DNA of 64,000 nucleotides from an uncultured Gammaproteobacteria bacterium (lineage in GTDB: Bacteria > Patescibacteriota > Microgenomatia > UBA12405 > JAHJSD01), in the NCBI GenBank assembly GCA_964428655.1, contig CAYRYE010000002.1:2251-66250 (forward strand), read 5' to 3'. Position 1 is the stretch's first letter, and each line of letters begins with the position of its first letter. This document shows, piece after piece, positions 30,029 to 41,969 of the stretch. The position numbers were made by a program, and so were the translations under genes. The notes beneath the pieces were generated by a model. That model saw only the letters and a list, made by a program, of their open reading frames with translations, ran no database searches and had not been told where the DNA came from.

Positions 30029-30332
30029 AAAATTAAAATTGTTTTACAACCTATAAGTTAACATTATTATAGCAACAAAAATAAACATGTCAACAAAGTT
30101 TTATTGGAAGCTAAATCTCTTAAATCAAACAAAACAAACTTTCAGTAATTACAGGTGAATAAAGCGGTGGAAAAGGAAAATGGATAAATGTATCACGTAT
30201 CATTTTTCCCGGTGTTACTACAGGTGTCAACTCCAGCGTTGACAAGATTTACAAAAAACTTGACAATTAACTTGACAATTGTCTACTTTTTAGAAAAAAT
30301 TTGGAAATCTGTTATTATTTAAAGAGAAATCG

Positions 30333-31997
30333 ATGAAAAAAGTAAAAACATTTGAAAAAATCTCTGAAAAAATCAAAAAGTTGTCAATCCCTTTTGAGGA
30401 AATAAGTTTTACTGATAAGACTGTTTCAACGAGACAGAAAGATACTTCTATTAAGGGAAATTATATTCCTGAAGAAGCAGTTAAAACTATTGTTGTTAAG
30501 ACTAAAAAGGGAATTAAAGCGGTCATTCTTAAAGGAACAAACCAAATTGACCAACTGGCCCTGAAAGCAATTGTTGATAAATGGAGTATTGTTAGCCCTG
30601 AGGTTTTAGAAAAAGAAACCGGTTTTTTACCCGGCTGTGTCTGCCCCCTTGATCTTGACGTGCCAATTTTAATTGACAAATCGGTTTTGGAAATGGAAAA
30701 TTGGAATATGGGCGCAGGTAATATTTACAAAGGAATCGCTATAAAGAAGAACGACGCCCTTAAAATAATTGGTTCTTTCCAAACAGTCGATGTGACCAAA
30801 AAAAGCAAAGTAGAAAAAACTAAAAGCATAAACAATATAGAAGAAAAACTATCTTTAATTACCAGAAACACTGAAGAGGTTTTAACTAAAGAGGATTTAA
30901 AAAACCTAATTACTTCTGGGACAAAACTGAAACACTATATTGGTTTTGAGATCTCGGGCAAAGTGCATTTGGGGACGGGATTGATGTCCATGGGCAAAGT
31001 AGCTGATTTTCTCCGAGCTGGAGTTAAATGCACTCTCTTTTTAGCTGATTTTCACTCTTATTTAAACAATAAATTGGGAAGGAGCTGGGATAATATCAGA
31101 AGGGCAAGCGAGGGTTATTTTAAAGAAGGACTAATTGCCTCCCTGAAGTGCTTTAAGATTGATGTTGAAAAAGAAATTAGGGAAAGTAATTTGCGGTTTG
31201 TGATGGGGGCCGATTTATACAAGAATAATTTAGTCCATTGGGAAACCTTTATGGAAGTAGGAAAACACCTCACCTTGTCCCGAAACTTAAGGTCAATCTC
31301 AATTATGGGTAAGAAAATGGACCGGGACGTAGATATGGCCACTTTGTTTTATCCGCCGCTCCAAGTGGCGGATATTTTCACTCTTGGCGTGAACATCGCT
31401 CATGCGGGCATTGATCAAAGAAAAGCTCATGTGATTGCTAGAGAAGTAGCTAAAAAACTAACCATCAATCCTTTAAAAAATAAAAAAGGAGAGGTAATTG
31501 CTCCGGTAGCAATTCACCATAAGACTATTGCTGGCTTAGAGGGACCAAAAAAAACTGATAAGCAAAAAGGGGATGAATTGGCCACTGATTTAAAAATGAG
31601 TAAGTCAAAACCAGACTCGGCTATATTTGTTCATGATTCACCTAATGAAATCCGCCGAAAAATCACTAAAGCCTTTTGCCCACCCAGAGAAACGGAATTT
31701 AACCCAATTATTAATTGGTCTGAATGTTTAATTTTTTGGGGACAGGCCCGCCTTGACTCGGCGAGACAGGCGGGGTTAGAAATCAAACGGCCAGCGAAAT
31801 TTGGCGGGAATAAAAAATATCAAACAATTAAAGAAATAAAAGAAGATTATAAAAAAGGTAATTTACATCCAGCTGATCTTAAAAATGCAGTTGCCGAGTG
31901 GTTAATCACCAAGCTTGAGCCAGCCAGAAAACACTTTAACAGCGGAAAAGCAAAAAATGGCTTAGATTTTCTAGAAAAAATAACAACTAAAACTTAA
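30333..31997 (+). CDS. tyrS: archaeal/eukaryotic-type tyrosyl-tRNA synthetase with N-terminal YbaK/ProX-like domain
   Basis: YIGFEISGKVHLG, YPPLQVADI, GIDQRKAH, KMSKS, LHPADLK; first ~155 aa have VKTIV and TGFLPGCVCP (YbaK family); no bacterial S4 domain. Confidence 0.9.
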   Translation: MKKVKTFEKISEKIKKLSIPFEEISFTDKTVSTRQKDTSIKGNYIPEEAVKTIVVKTKKGIKAVILKGTNQIDQLALKAIVDKWSIVSPEVLEKETGFLPGCVCPLDLDVPILIDKSVLEMENWNMGAGNIYKGIAIKKNDALKIIGSFQTVDVTKKSKVEKTKSINNIEEKLSLITRNTEEVLTKEDLKNLITSGTKLKHYIGFEISGKVHLGTGLMSMGKVADFLRAGVKCTLFLADFHSYLNNKLGRSWDNIRRASEGYFKEGLIASLKCFKIDVEKEIRESNLRFVMGADLYKNNLVHWETFMEVGKHLTLSRNLRSISIMGKKMDRDVDMATLFYPPLQVADIFTLGVNIAHAGIDQRKAHVIAREVAKKLTINPLKNKKGEVIAPVAIHHKTIAGLEGPKKTDKQKGDELATDLKMSKSKPDSAIFVHDSPNEIRRKITKAFCPPRETEFNPIINWSECLIFWGQARLDSARQAGLEIKRPAKFGGNKKYQTIKEIKEDYKKGNLHPADLKNAVAEWLITKLEPARKHFNSGKAKNGLDFLEKITTKT

Positions 31998-31998
31998 G

Positions 31999-32322
31999 AT
32001 GAAATTTTTACCTAAAAAACTAAGCTCTGAATGGATTGCTTATTTAGTAGTGGCTGCAATCTGGGAACTTTTCCTCTTTCTTGCTCAATCTAATTGGTTA
32101 AATTTTATCCTTATGCCGGCTGGAGCAATTATTGGGCTTTTCATCCTGGAAATTAATTGGCTATTCCCTAAAAAAGAAGTTTTAAAAATACTGCCAATTA
32201 TCCTTCTTCCGTTAGCTCTTTTCATCCTTACTTCCACTAGCGGCGCTTTTGGAAAATCAATAATTGTCTTTCTTAACCTCCGTCTCTTCCTTGACAAAAA
32301 CAGATTAATCAAAGATAATTGA
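31999..32322 (+). CDS. small membrane protein
   Basis: 107-aa hydrophobic ORF in operon. Confidence 0.7.
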   Translation: MKFLPKKLSSEWIAYLVVAAIWELFLFLAQSNWLNFILMPAGAIIGLFILEINWLFPKKEVLKILPIILLPLALFILTSTSGAFGKSIIVFLNLRLFLDKNRLIKDN

Positions 32323-32325
32323 GCG

Positions 32326-32547
32326 TTGACAATGAGGGTAGTTATAGATCCTGATCTTTGCCTCAAATGCGGAGCCTGCACAGTCATGGCTCCCGGCGCG
32401 TTTGTTCTTGATCAAAAATCAGGAGAGGTGAAAGTTGTCTCTCAATCATCATTGGTTAGCGAAGAGGTTAAAATAGCTAAGGAAAACTGTCCTGTTGATG
32501 CCATTAAAATAATCGATGAACAAAAAGGTGAAAGGAAAAACAAATAG
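32326..32547 (+). CDS. single-cluster ferredoxin
   Basis: CLKCGAC...CPVDAI. Confidence 0.9.
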   Translation: MTMRVVIDPDLCLKCGACTVMAPGAFVLDQKSGEVKVVSQSSLVSEEVKIAKENCPVDAIKIIDEQKGERKNK

Positions 32548-33508
32548 CAATTTTCTAATTTTGGTTTTGATAATTATTGCCGTTTTTTTTGCCGGCAGTA
32601 TCTGGGGTAAAAAATCAGCTTTAAAGGACAAGGTGGCTGGTGTTAAAACCGAAGTTAAAGATGAAAATACGGTTGAATTCACTCCGGAAAGTCGGAAAAA
32701 ACCTAACTTAAAGTTCTTTGTCATGAGTCATTGTCCTTTTGGCAACCAGGCAGAAGCGGGACTAAAACCAGTAGCAGAACTGTTAGGAAACAAGGTAGAA
32801 TGGGAACCGCACTATATCTTTGACAAACGCACTGATAAGCAGCTCCAACAAATGTGCCAATCAGAAGTTTACAGCGAAGAACTTTGCCAGCAGTATGTCA
32901 GTCAAGGATATTTTCCTGACTCAAAAGCTTGCCAAGAAAGACTATACTCTTCAGAAGATGAATGCTTTGAAAAAAAATCAAGTGATTGCTTGGCCAGCGC
33001 TGAAGGGAGTTACTATTGTTCGCTTCACGGTAAAAAAGAATTAAACCAGGGAATCCGAGAAATCTGCGCTTGGAACTTAACCGATGACAAAAATAAATGG
33101 TGGCAATTTATTTCTCTAGTTAACAGCAACTGTCCGCTGGAAGAAATTGATTCTTGTTGGCAAGCTCAAGCCAAGGAGGCAAATATTGATGAAAATAAAG
33201 TTCAAGAATGCTTTAACAAAAAAGCCATTGAAATTTTAGATAAAGAAATTGCCATAACCGAGCAATTTAACGTTTCCGGTTCGCCAAGTATTTTTGTCAA
33301 TGATAAGCCTTACCCGCCAGAAAGCGCTTATGACCGGGAAGGAAAAGCAACCATGAAAATAGGCGGAGAAATCTTTCAGCAAGAAAAATACCGCTCACCC
33401 GAGGCATTTAAACAAGCTGTTTGCGCCGCTTTCGAGAAAGCGCCAAAAGAATGCAAAACTGAATTATCCAGAGAAAGCGATCTGGGCAGCGCAGGCTCAT
33501 GCGATTAA
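32516..33508 (+). CDS. membrane-anchored thioredoxin-fold (DsbA/GILT-like) protein
   Basis: N-terminal TM; FVMSHCPFG; CSLHG..E; VSGSPSIFVN (cis-Pro loop). Confidence 0.75.
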   Translation: MNKKVKGKTNSNFLILVLIIIAVFFAGSIWGKKSALKDKVAGVKTEVKDENTVEFTPESRKKPNLKFFVMSHCPFGNQAEAGLKPVAELLGNKVEWEPHYIFDKRTDKQLQQMCQSEVYSEELCQQYVSQGYFPDSKACQERLYSSEDECFEKKSSDCLASAEGSYYCSLHGKKELNQGIREICAWNLTDDKNKWWQFISLVNSNCPLEEIDSCWQAQAKEANIDENKVQECFNKKAIEILDKEIAITEQFNVSGSPSIFVNDKPYPPESAYDREGKATMKIGGEIFQQEKYRSPEAFKQAVCAAFEKAPKECKTELSRESDLGSAGSCD

Positions 33509-34035
33509 ACGCTAAACAACTTCGAGTCAGTCAGCCAACCCAAGAGGATCTTAAAAAGGTAAAACACCAACCTATATCAATCATCCTTGATAATGTTTTG
33601 GATACCTTTAATATTGGCTCTTTTTTCCGCCTGGCCGATGCTATTGCCGCTGAAAAAATCTATCTTTGTGGAAAAACAGTTACTCCTCCAAACGTTAAAA
33701 TCCACCGGGCTTCGATAGGCACTTGGCGCTGGGTGTCATGGCAGCACCATAAGTCTGCTGTCAAGCTAGTAAGGAATCTTAAAAAAGAAGGCTGTTTTGT
33801 TGCTGCTGCCGAGCAAACAAAAAAGAGTATCAATTACGCAAAATTAAAATTAAAGACGCCAATAGCCTTGGTGGTGGGCCATGAAACCAATGGTGTTTCC
33901 CAAGAGGTTCTTAAAGAAGCAAACAAAGTCATAGAAGTGCCCCTACTAGGCGTCAATAGGTCTCTCAATGTGCTCGTTGCCGCTTCAGCAATTCTCTACA
34001 ATTGGTTGGAAAGATTGGAAAAATACTGCTCTTGA
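33499..34035 (+). CDS. TrmH/SpoU family RNA methyltransferase
   Basis: LDNV.DTFNIGSFFR, VGHETNGV, SLNV. Confidence 0.9.
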   Translation: MRLNAKQLRVSQPTQEDLKKVKHQPISIILDNVLDTFNIGSFFRLADAIAAEKIYLCGKTVTPPNVKIHRASIGTWRWVSWQHHKSAVKLVRNLKKEGCFVAAAEQTKKSINYAKLKLKTPIALVVGHETNGVSQEVLKEANKVIEVPLLGVNRSLNVLVAASAILYNWLERLEKYCS

Positions 34036-34060
34036 ACCTAGGTGTGTATTCCTCTATAAT
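34032..34060 (+). promoter_or_regulatory. sigma70-like promoter of gyrBA
   Basis: TTGAAC-N17-TATAAT. Confidence 0.6.
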
Positions 34061-34069
34061 TATATTTAG

Positions 34070-36103
<2,034 letters not shown>

Positions 36104-36116
36104 TCAAAATTTAAAC

Positions 36117-38720
36117 ATGAAAAAAAGCAGGGTAGAAAAGGCAGAAATTACTCAGGTTATGCGCAAGGCATATCTGGATTATGCCATGAGCGTTATCATT
36201 GCCCGAGCTTTGCCTGATGTCCGTGACGGTTTGAAGCCTGCTCATCGACGAATCCTCTATGCTATGCACCAGATGGGTTTAACTTCAAGCGGCAGGCATA
36301 GTAAATCAGCCAAAATAGTCGGTGAGGTTTTAGGTAAATACCATCCCCATGGTGATGCTGCTGTTTATGACACTCTAGTGAGAATGGCCCAAGATTTCTC
36401 GATGCGCTACCTCTTGGTTAATGGCCAGGGAAATTTTGGCTCAATTGATAATGATCCTCCGGCGGCCATGAGGTACACAGAGGCAAGAATGGGAAAAATA
36501 AGCCAAGAGATGCTCAGGGACATTAATAAAGAAACAACTGACTTTGTTGATAATTTTGACAGCACCTTGCAGGAACCAACAGTTCTACCGGCAAAAATCC
36601 CAAACTTACTGTTAAACGGCGCTGACGGGATTGCTGTCGGTATGGCAACTAAGATTCCACCTCATAATCTAACTGAGATTATCGACGCCCTGATCTACAT
36701 GCTAGAAGAGGGGAGACTTAAAAAGATTAAAGAGCCCAAGGAGATAGAGTTTAAAAAATTACTTTTAGACAAAAAGAAATCAGCGGAAAAACTAATCGCG
36801 GCTGAAGTTGAGCGGTTAGCCGCTTGGAAATTTGAATTTGAGAGCGAAACCTCATCGATTGAACTGACGAAATTTGTTAAAGGCCCGGATTTCCCTACCG
36901 GCGGTCAGATCTTTGATCAAGAGGCCATTGCTGAAATTTACACCACCGGAAAGGGGAAAATTCCCCTCAGGGGAGTAGTAAAAATCGGGGAGAGTAAAAG
37001 GGGTAAATTTAGAATCATTGCCACGGAAATACCTTACCAAGTTAATAAAGCTAACCTGGTAGCCAAAATCGCCAGCCTTGTCAAAGATAAGAAAATTATT
37101 GGCATCTCCGACCTTCGTGATGAATCTGATCGAGCCGGGATAAGGATCGTGATCGAATTAAAAAGAACTGCCAGACCAAAATCCGTCCTGAACAAATTAT
37201 ACAAATATACCCAACTGCAAATTAATTACCCGGCCAACATGCTAGCTATTGTTGACGGTGTTCCTCAAACTCTGAATCTACGCCAATTTTTATTGCTCTA
37301 CCTTAGACACCGTCACGAAGTTATTCAACGAAAAACGGTTTTTGAATTCCGAGAAGCAAAATTCCGGGCCCACATTCTAGAAGGTTTGAAAATCGCTCTT
37401 GATAATTTAGACGCAGTGATTGAAACCATTAAAAAATCCAAAGATGCCGAAACAGCCAAAACTAACTTAATGAATAAATTCGACTTAACTGACCTTCAAG
37501 CAAGAGCAATTCTAGATATGCAACTAAGACGACTGGCGGCTCTAGAGAGGCAAAAAATAGAAGCGGAATATGAGGAAATTAAAAAGAAATTAGATGAATT
37601 GAGAATTTTGCTGACTAAGCCTGAAACAATGATTAAGGTTATCCAAGACGAACTAAGAGAAGTTAAAGAGAAATACGGCGATAAAAGAAGAACTAAAGTT
37701 TTCAGACAAAGACTAGGTGAGTTCAGTGAGGAAGATCTAGTCCCAGACGAAGAAACAATCGTCACTACCACTAAAACAGGTTACGTGAAAAGAGTCCCTC
37801 GTGGTACTTATCGAACCCAGCGGCGGGGAGGCAAGGGCGTTATTGGCATGACTACTAAAAAAGAGGACGAAATCGAACATTTAATTGCTTGCTCAACCCA
37901 CGATTATCTTCTTTTCTTCACCAATAAAGGAAGGGTATTCCAATTAAGAGTTTGGGAAATCCCGGAAGGAAGCAGAAAATCCAAAGGCCAAGCAGTGATT
38001 AATTTAATCAATATTGAGCAAGCTGAAAAAGTTCAGGCAATTCTTAAAAGATCGGCCAAGAGGACCAACGAAGAAAAATATATTTTTATTGCCACTAAAA
38101 AAGGGACAGTTAAAAGAACCAAGATAGAGAGCTTTAAAAATATAAGATCTTCCGGATTAATTGCCATAAAATTAAAAGATGAAGATGAACTGATTGAAGC
38201 CAGAATTACTAATGGCAAAAATCAAGTGTTTCTGGTTACTAAAGAAGGAAAATGTATTAGATTTTCAGAAAACAATGTCCGGGCAATGGGACGAGGAGCT
38301 CAAGGAGTAAGGGGAATTAATCTTAAAGAAAACAATGAAGTAGTCAGCACCAATATCATCCCTGAAAAACTCCCTCAGCCAGAAGATAAAAGAAGAAAGG
38401 TATTTCGCCATCTAATGGTAATTATGGAAAATGGAATTGGTAAAAGGAGCGATGTTTATAAGTATCCTCTCCAAAAACGAGGCGGGGTAGGGGTAAAGGT
38501 AGCAAACATTACTCAAAAAACAGGAAAAGTTGCTTGCGCCAGCGTTATCAGTGAAAAGGAAGAACAGATAGTATTCACTTCAAGAAGGGCTCAGATAATA
38601 AAACTGCCAACTAAAAATATACCGATTCTAAGCCGAGCTACCCAGGGAGTAATTCTTATGAGGTTTAAAAACAAGGCTGACGCTGTTTCCGCTATGACTT
38701 GTCTCCGAAGAAAGTTCTAA
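36117..38720 (+). CDS. gyrA: DNA gyrase subunit A
   Basis: [18 protein letters not shown], GyrA box QRRGGKG. Confidence 0.97.
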   Translation: MKKSRVEKAEITQVMRKAYLDYAMSVIIARALPDVRDGLKPAHRRILYAMHQMGLTSSGRHSKSAKIVGEVLGKYHPHGDAAVYDTLVRMAQDFSMRYLLVNGQGNFGSIDNDPPAAMRYTEARMGKISQEMLRDINKETTDFVDNFDSTLQEPTVLPAKIPNLLLNGADGIAVGMATKIPPHNLTEIIDALIYMLEEGRLKKIKEPKEIEFKKLLLDKKKSAEKLIAAEVERLAAWKFEFESETSSIELTKFVKGPDFPTGGQIFDQEAIAEIYTTGKGKIPLRGVVKIGESKRGKFRIIATEIPYQVNKANLVAKIASLVKDKKIIGISDLRDESDRAGIRIVIELKRTARPKSVLNKLYKYTQLQINYPANMLAIVDGVPQTLNLRQFLLLYLRHRHEVIQRKTVFEFREAKFRAHILEGLKIALDNLDAVIETIKKSKDAETAKTNLMNKFDLTDLQARAILDMQLRRLAALERQKIEAEYEEIKKKLDELRILLTKPETMIKVIQDELREVKEKYGDKRRTKVFRQRLGEFSEEDLVPDEETIVTTTKTGYVKRVPRGTYRTQRRGGKGVIGMTTKKEDEIEHLIACSTHDYLLFFTNKGRVFQLRVWEIPEGSRKSKGQAVINLINIEQAEKVQAILKRSAKRTNEEKYIFIATKKGTVKRTKIESFKNIRSSGLIAIKLKDEDELIEARITNGKNQVFLVTKEGKCIRFSENNVRAMGRGAQGVRGINLKENNEVVSTNIIPEKLPQPEDKRRKVFRHLMVIMENGIGKRSDVYKYPLQKRGGVGVKVANITQKTGKVACASVISEKEEQIVFTSRRAQIIKLPTKNIPILSRATQGVILMRFKNKADAVSAMTCLRRKF

Positions 38721-38722
38721 AA

Positions 38723-39652
38723 CTACTGGTTTCCGCCATGAAACTTTTCATGGATTTCCCTAAGGCGTTGGTCGGTTACATGAGTATAGACTTGAGTGGT
38801 AGCAATATTTTTATGACCCAAAAGCTCTTGGACTGAACGGAGATCGGCGCCATGAAAAAGCAAGTCGGTAGCAAACGAATGGCGTAAAACATGGGGAGTC
38901 GCCTTGATGGGAATTCTGGCTTTCTTCCGGTATTTTTCAACCATTCTTTGAATCGACCTAGCTGTCAATCTCATCTGCTCATCTTTCATAGCCAAATCTC
39001 TTTTCCCAGAATAGCGGATAAATAACGGCCTGTAATGATCATCTCGAGATACTAAATACCTTCCTAGCCAAGAAACGGCTCGCTTGGAGAGAAAAACTAC
39101 TCTAGCTCTACCGCCCTTGCCAATTATTCCCAACTCCCGAGTTTTCAAATTGATCTGGTCTTTATTTAAAGCTGTTAATTCACTTACCCGCAAGCCGGTT
39201 GAGAAAAATGTCTCCATTATTGCCTTATCTCGTAAACCAATAATTTTAGAAATCTGGGGTTGATTAATTAATCTTTTCAATTGGTCTGGAGACAGGAATT
39301 TGACCGATCTCTCCTGAATTTTTGGCAATTCAATTTTCTCTGGCGCCAAAACTCTATAATCATTTCTTACCAACCAGCGAAGAAAGGCCCGGATAGCGAT
39401 TATGTGATATCCCTGAGTAACCTTCTTTAAATAACTCCCTTTAACTGTTTTTATTCTTGCTAAAAAAATCCTAAATTTCCGAATATTTTCCTGATTAAAA
39501 TCGGCTAGAGTAGGGGAGTGGTTAGACTTTTTCTCCAAAAAGCGGCGAAAACGCATTAAATAATGCCGATAGTTGCGGATAGTAAGCGGTGAACAATTAC
39601 GTTCGATTTCAAGATAATCAAGAAATCTGTTAATAAGTTTATAAAGACTCAT
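38723..39652 (-). CDS. XerC/D-type tyrosine recombinase
   Basis: TGLRVSEL, GKG, HVLRHSFAT, LLGH, TTQVY; start placed at ATG 39652. Confidence 0.92.
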   Translation of the reverse strand: MSLYKLINRFLDYLEIERNCSPLTIRNYRHYLMRFRRFLEKKSNHSPTLADFNQENIRKFRIFLARIKTVKGSYLKKVTQGYHIIAIRAFLRWLVRNDYRVLAPEKIELPKIQERSVKFLSPDQLKRLINQPQISKIIGLRDKAIMETFFSTGLRVSELTALNKDQINLKTRELGIIGKGGRARVVFLSKRAVSWLGRYLVSRDDHYRPLFIRYSGKRDLAMKDEQMRLTARSIQRMVEKYRKKARIPIKATPHVLRHSFATDLLFHGADLRSVQELLGHKNIATTQVYTHVTDQRLREIHEKFHGGNQ

Positions 39653-39748
39653 TATTTGCTTTATTACATTGTTACATTGTTGTACTTCACTTGTCAAGAT
39701 TGTGCGACGCCAAGGGAATACTTAGAGCTAAGAGTTGTGGTGAAAAAA

Positions 39749-39858
39749 GACCTTGGAGGGTGTTTATAGTCCCAGTAACGCATGACTTGTCAAAAGAGAC
39801 CCAGCTCTAGGATCCCTTCCACCCTCCAGGTGAAAGAAAAAGACACCTGGAGGGTGTC
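39749..39858. repeat. REP-like cluster with an inverted doublet
   Basis: CACCCTCCAGGTG (39820-39832) is the exact reverse complement of CACCTGGAGGGTG (39844-39856); a degenerate third copy lies at 39750-39762. Confidence 0.75.
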
Positions 39859-40445
39859 CGCGAAAGGTGTTCCGCTGGCAAATGAGAAATAATAGATCCG
39901 AGCATGAAAAATTCAAAGATTTAACAATTAAAAACCGGGCAAAGTAAGAGCAGTTTTTGTCTATGTTTATTAAAAACCACTTACACAAGGTGAATTATGA
40001 ATGAAATATTAAAAATCAGTAATTTTGGGCTCCCCTCTAGCCTGTTTTTCACCGCGTCGTAAAAGAAACATTGTACGACACTAACGATTTCTAAGAGATA
40101 GGCCCACTAGAGAAGAAAGTCTAATCACTAATCAATTAAAGGCATTACAGCTCCTAGAGAATCCATAACGGTAATCTTGCTGGAAAAATACCCATTCGGA
40201 ACCAGTAATACCAAGACTCCACTTTCAAGAAAGCGAGGCTGTCAAATTGGTTTTTCCACAAATGATAAAAGTTTTACCCATTTGTGGGGAATATATATTA
40301 ATCCAGGTATTAATAGCAACCTTATTTTACAACTGCCAAATGTGAAAATAGTCCTATAGTTTTCACAATTCGGATCCAGTATTATAGGATAATTGTTATG
40401 GGAAGAATTGTTGTGCCTATCCCCTCTTCCCCACTTGGCTCTGCC

Positions 40446-41228
40446 TCAAAAATCGCCACCCCAGTTGGTTACCAAAAACAAGGCTAAAAAAGTTCCCAAG
40501 CCTATCCAAATAAACTCCCAAATGGTCTTTTTGAATAATCTTTGACGGACCTGGGCTTGGGCCAATCCCCCAAATACATAGAAAAGGCTAACTATATACA
40601 AAGACCCTTTATTAACTCCAACAGGCCAAAATGATAAGGCAATAGATATTTCCGAAATTACAAAAGACAATACCAAAACCAGACTAAGATTATCTTTTTC
40701 AAATGGTAAAGATAAGGTCAAACTCCAAAAAAAATGGTTCAAAAGCAAGGCTGTCACCCCAAAAACTGCCAACCCATTGGCCCAGCTTGGTAATCGGAAA
40801 GACAGAATAACATTAAAGAGCAAAAAGGCGCTAGTCAACATTAACAATAATCCAACCGTGGAGGCGGCTCTGTAAAGAGGAACTGTTTTAAACTCCGAAG
40901 AAACCAGAAAAACATTCTCCACTAAAAGCAATGTATAGACTCCTAAAAAAAAGACAGATAAGAGAAGCGCTTGCCAAAGCCACCCTTGAGAAAAAAGAAA
41001 GTGGAACAAGCTAATCCCTGTTACAAAACTAACTGGTAAAAATGTAGCCACAATTATTTTTTGCCTGTTTTTAGTCAATTGGCTGAATAAGAGATAAAGG
41101 TAGAAAAAAACAAAAAGAGCCAGGCCAAAAATCGCTTGGTACCTCCAAAAAAAGGGCACTAGATTGACTAAGAAGTAGGAAATGGTAATTACCAAAGTGG
41201 CAATAACAAACTGCCGTCGTTTACTCAT
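40446..41228 (-). CDS. polytopic membrane protein
   Basis: About 9 TM segments; VPLYRAA and FWP motifs. Confidence 0.8.
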   Translation of the reverse strand: MSKRRQFVIATLVITISYFLVNLVPFFWRYQAIFGLALFVFFYLYLLFSQLTKNRQKIIVATFLPVSFVTGISLFHFLFSQGWLWQALLLSVFFLGVYTLLLVENVFLVSSEFKTVPLYRAASTVGLLLMLTSAFLLFNVILSFRLPSWANGLAVFGVTALLLNHFFWSLTLSLPFEKDNLSLVLVLSFVISEISIALSFWPVGVNKGSLYIVSLFYVFGGLAQAQVRQRLFKKTIWEFIWIGLGTFLALFLVTNWGGDF

Positions 41229-41967
41229 CGGCTAGCCTTTGGAGAATTGACTCAGGAATATCTAAATTAGCAAAAACCCTTTGAATATCATCGTGTTCCT
41301 CAATAGTCTCCAGAAACTCAAGTAACTTCTTAGCCTCATTAATGTCATTGATTCTAACTTCTATTTTAGGTTTCATAACCAAATCCATCCCCTTAACTTT
41401 AAAACCCAGCTTTTCCGCCTGATTGATGAAATTATCTAAATTAATAGGTTTTAGCCAAACTATCAATAATTTACCTTCTTCCTCAATGTCCTCTGCGCCA
41501 ACGTCAATCAATTTCAATATTTGTTCCTCATTACCAGAGCCAGAAACCCTCACCTGACCTTTTTTCTCAAACTGAAATGCTACTGCGCCCGGCTCAGTTA
41601 AAGAACCGCCATTACTCCGGAAAATATTTTTTATTTCCTGTATGGTTCGCTGGCGATTATCAGTAAGCACTTCTAGTAAAATAGCAATGCCGCTCGGTCC
41701 ATAACCTTCAAGAACAAACTCCTGTATTGACTCTTTTTTCTTATCCGCGTTCTCAATAGCCCGCTGGATATTCTTCTTGGGCATATTTTCAACCTTAGCT
41801 CTATCAACAGCTAACTTAAGACCAGGGTTCAAGCCTGGATCAGATGAACCTCCCTGTTTTACAGCTACTGTAATCAAACGAGAAAGCTTACCAAAAACCT
41901 TGCCCCTTTTTTGATCCTGAGCTTCTTTTCTTCTCTTAATATTGGACCATTTTGAATGCCCTGACAC
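41221..41967 (-). CDS. yebC: YebC/PmpR (TACO1) family protein
   Basis: SGHSKWSNIK, EGYGP, TDNRQR. Confidence 0.95.
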   Translation of the reverse strand: MSGHSKWSNIKRRKEAQDQKRGKVFGKLSRLITVAVKQGGSSDPGLNPGLKLAVDRAKVENMPKKNIQRAIENADKKKESIQEFVLEGYGPSGIAILLEVLTDNRQRTIQEIKNIFRSNGGSLTEPGAVAFQFEKKGQVRVSGSGNEEQILKLIDVGAEDIEEEGKLLIVWLKPINLDNFINQAEKLGFKVKGMDLVMKPKIEVRINDINEAKKLLEFLETIEEHDDIQRVFANLDIPESILQRLADE

Positions 41968-41969
41968 AG

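Noticed and set aside
38700-40445. Replication terminus or origin at xer, where gene orientation converges; one DnaA-box match TTTTCCACA at 40252 and a dif-like GAATATATATTA near 40289
   Set aside because: By eye the + strand stays C-rich on both sides (no obvious skew flip), the dif arms do not match, and there is no dnaA or box cluster; a cumulative GC-skew plot would settle it
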